64,000 bases of DNA from positions 106,082,001-106,146,000 of the forward strand of contig OX597817.1 in assembly GCA_951406725.2 (NCBI GenBank). Direction: 5' to 3'. Positions 1 through 12,000 of the stretch are shown here, in pieces (position 1 is the stretch's first letter; every line of letters starts with the position of its first letter). Both the position numbers and the translations under genes were made by a program. The DNA is from Octopus vulgaris. Lineage: Eukaryota. Below the pieces are notes generated by a model that had not been told where the DNA came from, searched no databases, and saw nothing but the letters and a program-made list of their open reading frames with translations.

Positions 1-966
<966 letters not shown>

Positions 967-974
967 ATATATAT

Positions 975-1995
975 CATCATCATCATCATATTTATTGTTT
1001 AACATCCGCTTTCCATGATAGTATGGGTTGGACGATTTGACTGAGGACTGGCGAACCAGATGGCTGCACCAGGTTCCAATCTTGATCTGGCAGAGTTTCT
1101 ACAGCTGGATGCCCTTCCTAATGCTAACCACTCCAAGTATGTAGTGGGTGCTTTTACGTGCCACCGGCATGAGGGCCAGTCAGGCAGTATTGGCAACAGC
1201 CACGCTCAAATGGTGTCTTTTATGTGTCACCTGCATGGGAGTCAGTCCAGCAGCACTGGCAATGACTTCGCTCGATTGTTTTTTCACGTGCCAGTAAGGC
1301 GATGCTGGTAATGATCATGCACAAATGGTGCTTTTTACGTGCCACCAGCACAGAAGCCAGTTAGTTGCTCTGGCAATGATCATGCTCGGATGGTGCTCTT
1401 AGCGCTCCACTAGCACGGATGCCAGTCATCGAATTTGATTTTGATTTCGATTTCACTTGCCTGAACAGGTCTTTGCAAGCAGAGTTTAGTGTCCAATGAA
1501 GGAAAGGTATGCATAAGGGGCTGGTTACACCCCTGGCATAGGCCACGAGGTTATAGTCTCAATTGGCTTGCCGGGTCGTCTCAAGCACAGCATATTTCCA
1601 AAAGTCTCAGTCACTAGTCATTGCCTCGGTGAGGCCTAATGTTTGAAGGTCATGCATCACCACTTCATTCTAGGTCTTCTTGGGTCTACCTTTTCAACAG
1701 GTTCCCTCAACCGCTAGGGTGTGGCACTTTTTTACAGAGCTATCCTCATCCATTCTCGCCACATGACCATACCAGCGCAGTCATTTCTCTTGCGCACCAC
1801 ATCTGATGCTTTTTAGGTCCAACTTTTCTCTCAAGGTACTTACACTCTGCTGAGTATGCACACTGACATTACACATCCATCGGATCATACTGGCTTCATT
1901 CCTTGTGAGCTTACGCATGTCCTGAGCAGTCACAGCCCATGTTTCACTGCCATGTAGCATGCATCATACAGTCTACCTTTTACTCTGAGCGAGAG
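975..1995 (-). mobile_element. RTE-clade LINE, 3' end (ORF2 C-terminus, 3'UTR, (GAT)n tail)
   Basis: Minus-strand translation gives MLHGSETWAVT...LRWYGHVARM...GRPKKT. The 3'UTR has internal tandem repeats and a (CAT)n tail at ~975. Same family as 46447-48258. Confidence 0.9.
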
Positions 1996-2155
1996 ACCAA
2001 CGAAACTCCTTGTAGCACCAAAGATGAACTGAAGGTAAGGATTGTGTTAGTATTCACCAACTTAAACAAGGAGACTGTCCAGAAGAGTTGCAGGAGATTC
2101 TGAAATCATCAAGAGGCCATGGTTGAAGCCAACAGCAATTTTATTGAATAAATTT
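1991..2155 (+). mobile_element. Tc1/mariner-superfamily transposase C-terminal fragment
   Basis: TKDELKVRI...KETVQKSCRRF*NHQEAMVEANSNFIE* resembles the RRFRxRLEAVIEANGxHIE terminus of Tc1/maT-type transposases. Confidence 0.65.
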
Positions 2156-2186
2156 ACTCTTTAGTATTTCTCTTTAATGTGTAGAT

Positions 2187-2187
<1 letters not shown>

Positions 2188-2272
<85 letters not shown>
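2188..2272. repeat. (TA)n microsatellite
   Basis: Direct observation. Confidence 0.98.
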
Positions 2273-2274
<2 letters not shown>

Positions 2275-2366
2275 TCTCTGAACTGGCACTGAGAGTCGGT
2301 ATACATTCTATATTTTTTGTGTGAAAAGTCCTAAATGTTAAATCTTATTTTCATTTTAATTCTAAT

Positions 2367-2447
2367 CCAACTGAAGAAAATGTTTTTTTTATATGATGTA
2401 ATTGATTTGTTCATCAATAAAAGATACATCTGAAACAGCTGTAGTGA
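2367..2447 (+). ncRNA. type I minimal hammerhead ribozyme motif (PLE-like)
   Basis: CTGAAGA (2371-2377), then stem II aaatgt.../...acatct, then GAAAC-AGCT-GTA (2432-2443) with a palindromic stem III loop. Stem I is degenerate. Confidence 0.65.
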
Positions 2448-2527
2448 CCCTCAACCCATTTAAGTTATTATTTATACATACACACATACATATATACATG
2501 CACACACACACATGCATACACACACAA

Positions 2528-2666
2528 CTGGCTTCACTCAGTTTCCATATACCAAATCTACTCACAAAGCATTGATTGGCCCGATGCTCTAGATTCCAAA
2601 CAGTGGGACTGAACCTAGAACCATGTAGTTGGAAAGCAAGCTCCTTACCACACAGCCATGCCTGTA
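2528..2666 (-). mobile_element. tRNA-derived SINE, family S1, 5' half
   Basis: Reverse complement reads ggctgtgtggtaag...ggttcagtcccac (A/B boxes). It matches copies at 45745-46425 and 50595-51015. Confidence 0.8.
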
Positions 2667-3077
2667 TCTAGCCTTGCCCACTTTTCTTTTAATTATTATC
2701 TTATCTATCAACTTGATAGGATAACATTATTAAACAATACAACCATCCTGCTAAGAATTTCCCACAAGTATTCACAATTAATGAGAGAATCAATTTTATC
2801 AATACTTATAATGCATCACTTTACCAAAATAAGTTCAGATAACATACACTAATCACAAACAAAACAAACACTCCTTGATCATAGATAAAACAAATGCTAA
2901 CAGTCATAAATTCAATTTCCAGTAGTAACGTCAACACTAACACCCATCGCCTTGCTCTTGCTTACTACAAAGTGGCAGCAACATAAGCCAAAATCTACTA
3001 CTTCATCCAGAAGGTCTAGCCTAAGAAGATCTTGGTCTGAGAGTGTGTTATAAAGTAAAACGAATAATATTGTAATA

Positions 3078-3187
3078 CAGTTCTATATTTAAGAGATGAG
3101 GAATTATGTACATTATTTACATTATTCATCAGGCGTCTTGGGGAAATTTCGAACCTGGGTTCTCATTCCTAAGGTATTTTTCGATGC

Positions 3188-3232
<45 letters not shown>

Positions 3233-3261
3233 CATTATTATTGTTGTTGTTGTTGTTGTTG

Positions 3262-3300
<39 letters not shown>

Positions 3301-3515
3301 TCAGCAGTGCCTGGAATCGAACTCGGAATCTTGGGTTTAGTTGCCCATGCAGTTGAAATCTTAGGGTCAGTAGCCCACGCTCTCAGAATCTTGGGGTTAG
3401 TAGCCCATGCTCTTAACCTCTACGCCATATGCCCATGGGCATATCGCATAGTGGTTAAGAGCGCGGACTACTAAGCCCAAGATTCCAAGATTGATTCCAG
3501 GCAGTGACCTGAATG

Positions 3516-3576
<61 letters not shown>

Positions 3577-3759
3577 GATCAAAAAATACCTTAGGAATGA
3601 GAACCCAGGTTCGAAATTTCTCCAAGACACCTGATGAAGGCTGAAGGGTATATTAGCCGAAACACTGCATTAACAACAAACAAGATGGGGACAAATATCC
3701 ATCAAATGTAAATAATGTAAATAATGTACATAATTCCTCATCTCTTAAATATAGGACTG
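3078..3759. mobile_element. head-to-head palindromic pair of non-autonomous PLE-derived units (tRNA head, (AAT)n, HHR, tail)
   Basis: The arms are reverse complements around the perfect palindrome ATATGCCCATGGGCATAT (3427-3444). The head matches 33951-34034 and the tail matches 35936-35996 of the PLE copy. Confidence 0.9.
3626..3671 (+). ncRNA. hammerhead ribozyme motif in PLE pseudo-LTR
   Basis: gacac-CTGATGA-a-ggctg...tagcc-GAAAC. The cleavage triplet and 3' stem I are decayed in this copy. Confidence 0.75.
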
Positions 3760-3789
3760 TATTATCTAATCGGTGTGAAACCGACATTA

Positions 3790-3907
3790 GACTTCAATGG
3801 GACTCCATCAAAAAACTAGCTCGTTTTTCAAATCATATAACTTTCCTTGTGTAGATGTAGAGACTCAAAGCTAATACCACCTGGTTTGAATATAATGACA
3901 CCAAAGA
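3790..3907 (+). pseudogene. PLE ORF N-terminal remnant
   Basis: KKLARFSNHITFL/RCRDSKLIPPGL (one frameshift) resembles the conserved N-terminal NHxxFLxRCxxxxxxPxGL motif of Penelope ORFs. Confidence 0.5.
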
Positions 3908-4159
3908 CCATGGGCATATGGCAAAGTGGTTAAGAGCACAGGTTACTAACCCCAAGATTCTGAGATTGATTCCAGGCAGTGACCCGAATAATAATAATAA
4001 TAATAATAACATCAAAAAAATACCTTAGGAATGAGAACCCAGGTTCGAAATTTCCCCCAAGACACCTGATGAAGGCTGGAGGGTATATCAGCCAAAATGT
4101 GTTAACAACAAACAAGATGGGGACAAATATCCATCAAATGTAAATAATGTAAATAATGT
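3908..4159 (+). mobile_element. third non-autonomous tRNA-head/HHR PLE-derived unit
   Basis: Starts ccatgggcatatggc at the same point as the arms of 3078-3759 and has the same internal order. Confidence 0.88.
4061..4103 (+). ncRNA. hammerhead ribozyme motif (GAAA mutated)
   Basis: gacac-CTGATGA-a-ggctg(gagggtatat)cagcc-aaaa-t-gtgtt. Stems I and II are intact; the core GAAA has become AAAA. Confidence 0.65.
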
Positions 4160-5316
4160 GAATACTATTGTATTCAGAATATAACTTTACAAAACGAACA
4201 AACTAAATATTGCAACAATTTGAAACTGGAGTGCTAAGTGGTGAATTGTAACTTCAATTTGCTCACAATACAAAATGAACTGTCTGTACAATAGTGTGCT
4301 AGGGAGAAAAGAGACAATCCACAACAATGAGTCAATGTATATCTACATCACCCAGTAGAGTTCATAACCTTGAAGATAGTTTATGTAACTTTATTGTCCC
4401 ATGCAAACTGTAAAGAACTTATGTACAAAAACGAAACAATAAAATAATGATAAAGTTAAAAGCAAATTTGAGATTTAAATAGATCATTAATCAACCAGAT
4501 TGAATCTGTTGACTGGCATATGAACTGGGAAGTAGATTAAGGAACCAATGGAAACAAGGATGCTTCGAAGTCATTGAATAATAAGTTGTAATAAACTGAA
4601 GACCAAAACTAATTAATCTGTGTAAACATGCAATTGGTTGCTATGGTGCTCAAATGACTCCAAAAGCAAAGGCTTTAGTGGCTATTTGTGTTGAGTCAGC
4701 GAAATTTAACCGAGGCTCAATCATAGTCCCTAAGATTTGAAGGATGATAGCTATGTTGGAAATCAGGCACTCAAATATGGAAAAAAAGGGATAAGACTTT
4801 ACTCAGCTATGGGGAAACAATCACACACACACACACATTCATCACATACATTATTATACATTATTATAAAAAATGTGTTGACTGAGATTATAAGTTTTAC
4901 CTGACTGGTTGAATAAGCTTACCAGCAAAATTCAATTTAGAATAATGCCCCCATTTAATATTTGTGTGTGTATTTTCTTGTCTTGATACTGTATAATAGT
5001 CATAAATGAGCATCATCATCACCATACAAGTGATTTCTTCATTTCCTATCTTCTGCAAAATCATATCTAGTCATAAGGAGATATTACCTTACTTGAAATC
5101 AAGAGTGAGTGGGCAAGAAGGGCATCCACCTGTAGGAAATATGCTTCAATAAATTCCATCCAACCCAGGCAAGTATGGAAAAAGTGAATGTTAAAACAAT
5201 TATGACAGGCATGCATATATATATATATATATGATGATGATATAGATATATAATTGCAAATATAATATCCAGGGATCCAAGTGCAAGAAGTTTATAAGCT
5301 TCAAGCACTCTGTAGG

Positions 5317-5680
5317 TCTATGAGAAAACACAAGAAAAAAGAAGGTTGATGCAAAAATTGAAATGAGGAGACAATGAATAAAAATAGGAAAAGAAATAAA
5401 GAAAAGAAACTAAGAGTTTCATCCCTTTTGTCCACTCAAATCATAATTAATCTTGCTAGTATACAATAATTCCTCCAGTTCTAAAGAAACTTGTTGAACT
5501 GGAAGATACCTACCTCTCCACATTGGGCAGCAGACAAATATTGGTCTCCTCCTCATTGAATTATTCTACACTGCATAGATTAATTATTATTTCAATGAAC
5601 AAAGATGACACACCTTTGTTTTTTCATTCCACTTTTTGCATCAACCTTCTTCTCATTCTTTTCTTATGATTTCCCATAGA
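5317..5680. repeat. diverged inverted repeat (~55-60 bp arms)
   Basis: tctatgagaaaacacaagaaa..gaaggttgatgcaaaaattgaaatga matches the reverse complement of 5623-5680. Confidence 0.7.
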
Positions 5681-5938
5681 ATAGTGTCCAGGTTTTCAAA
5701 CAGGACTAACCATGTGCATTGAGCCTGAAGGATTATTTGGAGATACAAGGCATGTATAAATCTGCCGAATCATTTTGTTTCCACAGCATAAAACTATTAG
5801 TAGCTCTTATTTAAATACTATGTATATTAAATGATAATTATCTCACTCTCGATGGAGTACAGTTTTTGTTGATTCTACCTATAATGGAACTGTAAAATAT
5901 ATATATATATATATATAGATAGATAAATAGATAAATAA

Positions 5939-6003
<65 letters not shown>

Positions 6004-6053
6004 CGGACGGACGGACAGACAGACACACAGATAGATATACACACACATACACA

Positions 6054-6240
6054 CAAGGGAGTGCTGAGAAATTCCTGGAGGATCAGTTAATTATGATTTT
6101 ATTTAATATTTTCCCCCTCAGATTCACACACATATTGTAGTGGTCCTTCAGTTTTTCTAAATCCTGTAAAAGAACTCAGAGGGTTGCAAGCCTTTCATAA
6201 TACCCTTGAAGCTAGGAACGTTTCAGCACCCCCTCCCTTG
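6054..6240 (+). mobile_element. mariner-derived MITE
   Basis: TIRs are caagggagtgctgagaaattcctgg and gctaggaacgtttcagcaccccctc. An opposite-orientation copy lies at 15470-15672 and a fragment at ~19960-20005. Confidence 0.8.
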
Positions 6241-6252
6241 TGTATGTGTGTA

Positions 6253-6328
<76 letters not shown>

Positions 6329-7084
6329 AAGAGAGAGAGGATGCATGTATATGTTTATCTGATAGAATGAAATAACCAACTAGGTTTGGCATCAAGTTAA
6401 AATAAATTGTAGTAATTTTGTTGTATATATATTTGCAGTACATTTAATGTCATGTGCCTGAAGTAACCTAGTTGAATAGTCATCAGATTATCTAGGAAAT
6501 AATTATATAAAATAACTAACTCATGTTTAATTAACATTATGCATTGTTTATTAATAGTATAGAAAATATGAAATAGAGTAATGAAAATTTTAACAGCCCA
6601 TAGCTAAATACACAGCCCAAAGGACATGATTTAGTATTTTGAAGGAAAGTATTGCTATTATTGATATTATTTTTTAGTTTACTTATAAAGTGCAAATGAA
6701 GAATTTGAACTTGAATTTGAATAAAATCCCAATCTATACAGAAATTTACCAAATTTGGATGATATCCAAAATTCTGCCATTTTCCGTTCTTAAGACAATT
6801 ATTTTAATTAGCAATCAACTAAATTTTTTTCTAAGAGTATTTTTATTGTTATTAAACAGTTCATTTTCTTTCCTGTAGCCCCTTAGCACATTTTTAATTT
6901 GTTTTCTAATTAGTGTTCAAATTGTTAATATTAAAACAGTGTTTTTAGGGATTTCAGTAATTAAGAAGATATCATTTTACTCATTTCATTCATTGGACTG
7001 CAGCCATATCATGGGTTTTAGTCATTCATATCAACTTCAGTATATATTTCAGTATGATTTTAATTTTATCAATCTTTATTTATC

Positions 7085-7772
<688 letters not shown>

Positions 7773-9440
7773 ATGAGCACAACATAAACAGGATTACCAG
7801 TTTTTAGACCTGTATAAAGAAAAGCACCCCTACACAAGCACAAAACAAGCTTCTGAACAGTTTCTTCTACAAAATATACTGACCAAATTTTATTCACCCT
7901 GTGGTGTCAAATTCAATTGGTGTCGTGGTCCAGAGTGAAGCATAAACTAGATCTCATGGGTTGGGTAGGGGCAATTATTTCTTAAAACCCTAATCATGAA
8001 GTAGGCTGAAGTAATGGATAAAGGTGACAATATATTTAATAGCAACTTTATTGATAATAAGGAAAAGAAACAATATGAGGTGTTACCAAAGTTAGAGTGC
8101 AGATATGTGTAGGAAAAACTCGTCTGGAAGGTATATATACTGTCATATTAAGCAAAATAATAAGGATGAAGAAAGAAATTGTTCAACTGTATGCATATTG
8201 TTTTTCAGAAAAGCTAATAATTGTCAGAAAACTTGTAGTGTTTCAGCTGCAAAACCTTTCAGAATAATCCATATCAATAAATTCATTTGAACAAACATGT
8301 GCTTAAATTTGGTGTGGGATGAGTCTTCATTTGGCTTAGTGTATAAAGACAAAGTGAAGGGTAAACAGGTCACATCTTTTAGTATATGAGTCATTGGGCT
8401 AATCATTCCTTTTCCTCACCACATAAACCTTATAAGTTATATTTTAATTTTTTGCCACCACTACATCATGTACAATAGCACTAACTTGACTATCTAAGGT
8501 ATACAGGCACAGAATGATGAGGTATGACAATGAAGTATAAAGGACCTCTATTCCATTTGATATCTCTTAACTTAAAATACATTGGATTCCATCCTTCTGT
8601 AAATGTCATAAATTCTAAATACCATTAATTGATCTTTAAATTTTTTTATATGTATAAACAGAAAACATCATAATTTCTCTTCACCCACCCTTCTGCTTAA
8701 GATAAATAAATGTTTAATGTTTTTGTTTTTGTTTTAAGTTTTAAATATTCAAACAGTTATAGCAGTTCTTTGATCTGGTGTAGAATTAATATGAATCAAT
8801 GTTCGGTTTTTCTAGATTGTAAATATCAGATTTATATTTGACTTTTTGAAGTTTGGTTTAAATATCTCATTTGACTATTGATATATATATATACATGTGT
8901 GTGTATGCATGTGTGCGTGTGTGAGTATAGATATATGCATGTATATGTATGCATATATGTATATATATATTCATGTATATGTATTCACACACACATACAT
9001 GTGTGTATAAGTGTGTGTGTGTATAGATATATGCATGTATATGTATGCATATATGTATATATATATGCATGTATATGCAAACACACATATATATATATAT
9101 ATATCTATACACATACATATAAGTCATATATGTATATGCATACCAACATAAATATATATATACATACATACACACATACACTCATACATATATGTGCGTG
9201 TGTTTTTTTTTTGTACGCATATCCAGCCTTTAACATTTTCTTATCCAAAAGGGTTTTACAACTCATATTTGCAAGCTATTATTTATAGCTTTTATGTGTG
9301 TACTTCAGTATATTCCAAGCAGAATATATATGTGTGTGTGAGTATGTATACATAGTCATACATATATGAATACACATGCATACATATATATATGTGCATA
9401 CACACACACACACACGTGTGTGTGTGTGATCGCATATATT

Positions 9441-10140
9441 TCATCATCATTTCTATATTCCATGCTGGTATGGTGGGGTGGGGCTGATTTGATAGGACCT
9501 GAACAATCTGAAGCCTCCATCATGCTCCAAAGTCTACTTTGGCATGGTTTGGAGTTTTGGCTGGATACTCCTAATGCAAACTACTCTATGGAGTGTATAT
9601 AGTGCTCTTTACATGGTACCAGAACTAGTGAGGTCACCATACAGTCTACAAGACTGAGGTCCCCTTTGATTGAGGCTACTATAGAGAAAAAGGAGGCTTT
9701 ATGCTATGGGATGAGGGGTTAAAAGTGAGAGAGAAGGGTCCAGAGCAGAAAAGGTTTCTTACTGTAGAGGAGCTACAGGGTTTTTCAGGTCATAGGAGAA
9801 AAAGTGGGAGTGGCCAGTGTGGAGCTGGCGAAAGGTAAAAGTAGGGATGATTTAAGGGATTATCCTCAAGATATGAGATGAGTAGAAGCGAATGAGAACA
9901 GATGAACAGAAATTTTGAACAGGTAGAAGTTGTAAGGGTGTATGGGAGAGTGACAGACAGCTTGGGATTGGGAATGAGTAATTAAGTGAATATAATGAAG
10001 AACAAGTGTTGAGTGAGGAGAAATAGAGAAGACAGATGACAACTGTAGGAATTGAGTTGGGTTGAGGGATAACCAGTGAGACACATGAGTTGAGACAAAG
10101 TAGATGAGAAGAGATGACTGACAGTGTAAAAAAAGGGATG
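9441..10140 (-). mobile_element. non-coding element with RTE-type 3' tail and pyrimidine-rich body
   Basis: RTE-like 3'UTR (catcatcat..ttccatgc..gctggat..cctaatgc) is joined to GA-rich sequence. A similar layout occurs at 28393-29060. Confidence 0.55.
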
Positions 10141-10207
10141 AGAAGCAGTAGAATAGTACTCCTACTACTACTACTGCTACTATAAATACTACTAATAATA
10201 ATAATAA

Positions 10208-10597
10208 TCTATTATATATAATCCATTCTGCCTGTCTGTGTGTGTCTTCTAGGATCTCGAGCGTCCGATTGCGCTCAAATTTGATATGTAAATACCGACA
10301 GTATCAGGGCATGTATAAGTTTTGAAAAAATTACAAAAATCAATTCCTGGTGAGAATGCGATGAATAAAGCCGTGGGAACGTGCATTTGTATGTGCAAGT
10401 ACATCAGCTGTTGCGATTGATACTACACGTACGCGAGAAAAATGCATGTGCAGTTTGTGCAAAAAAAGCCAGCTGACTTGAAATAATGCCACAAAATGGG
10501 ACGGTCGGACAAGTTGTTTTGAGAAAATTTGGTTTAAATGTTTGACAACTCAGCACTGTCTATTGGACGGGATGGCGGGGGGGAGGCTTTTTGCTCG
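10208..10597 (+). mobile_element. non-autonomous Helitron
   Basis: 5' end A|TCTATTATATA, 3' hairpin ctgtcta-tt-ggacgg and a degenerate CTCG|T end. A reverse-oriented longer copy lies at 55875-56542. Confidence 0.75.
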
Positions 10598-10600
10598 TAA

Positions 10601-11260
10601 TCTATAACTATAAAAGAGAGTTTGTATGTGTCTGTGTGTGCACATGGTCCTTATGCATTCCAAAAACGAGTTGCCATTTTTGACGCATAGGGTATCAGAA
10701 GATTCAATAAGCTTTTGGCTACCAACTAAACTACATTTTCATTCACTTATTTGCATTACAAAAATTTTAGATTATCATTTTTCTTTTAGTCAACTGTCGT
10801 AAATGACATCTTTTACCACCACCACCACAACGATGATGACATCACATTTTCTATATGTGTTCGCACTTCGTTATGTACATTAGGCCAATGACTGACAAGT
10901 ATATGTGTGTGACGATGTTTGTGTCTGTCAGTATACATACATTTTTGTGATGACTGACACACACACATCTAAAGACACAGACAAACACACGCAGGGACAG
11001 AGATAGGCTTGAGGTGTATGTCTGTATATGTTCCCCACCCCCCACTCACTCACTCAACAGTGAAACACACTGATATTGAAAGTTACAATGACTAGGTTTC
11101 ATTAGAAAGTGAAAATAGTTTCATACTTTCCAACTTTGAGAGTTATAATGAAACATAGTCACTGCTTATTATCTATCTACCAAATAAACAACGTTTTACA
11201 CTCAACAACTCTTTTTTACAACTAAAATAACCTCAGCAACTACATGGGTCGCACAATTTT
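10601..11260 (+). mobile_element. possible second non-autonomous Helitron (5' end only clear)
   Basis: The start A|TCTATAACTATAAAAG...gtgtctgtgtgtg directly follows the previous Helitron. The 3' end is not resolved. Confidence 0.4.
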
Positions 11261-11500
11261 GAGGTTATTTTTGGACAATATTTCAATTTGTTTCAAATGT
11301 ATCACTTTCATCTGATGTTTCATGCATGCATAGAATTCTACTCAGACAAACATTTATGAAAGTGTACATGTAAATATAGTATTAAAATAAGCCACAACCA
11401 AAAAAATTACATTAAAAGACATCCATTTCTCTATATGTTACTCTCCCTCTCTCTCTCTCTCACACACACACACACAAAAAGATGCATGCATATGTATTTA

Positions 11501-11589
11501 TGGGCAAAGGTAAAGAATATGCACACCCAGTGTTTAGGGTTAAGGTTACACCAAAAATGGGCGGTGTATGTATTCTTTACCTCTACCTA
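11501..11589. repeat. short hairpin element with TTAGGG-like loop
   Basis: Arms aggtaaagaatatgcacacc and ggtgtatgtattctttacct; the loop contains ttagggttaaggtt. Confidence 0.7.
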
Positions 11590-11615
11590 TTTATGTACGT
11601 GTATATGAAAGATAA

Positions 11616-11657
<42 letters not shown>

Positions 11658-11668
11658 TGGCACACATA

Positions 11669-12000
11669 TCATCATCATCATCATCATCGTTTAACGTCCG
11701 TTTTCCGCGCTAGCACGGGTTGGACGGTTCGACCGGGGTCTGGGGAGCCAGGGGCTGCTCCAGGCTCCAGTCTGGTCTGGCAGTGTTTCTACAGCTGGAT
11801 GCCCTTCCTAACGCCAACCACTCCGCGAGTGTAGTGGGTGCTTTTTACGTGCCACCTGCACAGGTGCCAGAGGGGTCTGGCATTGGCCACGATCGGTTGG
11901 TGCTTTTTTTATGTGCTACCGGCACAGAAGCCAGTCAAGGCGGTGCTGGCATCGGCCACGTTCGGATGGTGCTTTTTATGTGCCACCGGCACAGAAGCCA
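11669..12000 (-). mobile_element. RTE LINE 3'UTR fragment (CpG-rich, relatively young)
   Basis: (CAT)n tail plus tttaacgtccgttttccgcgctagcacgggttggacgg, with three internal repeats. CpGs are retained. Confidence 0.85.

Noticed and set aside
3437-3510. Functional tRNA gene
   Set aside because: The acceptor stem does not pair, copies are diverged, and it is embedded in a repeat unit. It is treated as a tRNA-derived head, as are the SINE heads.
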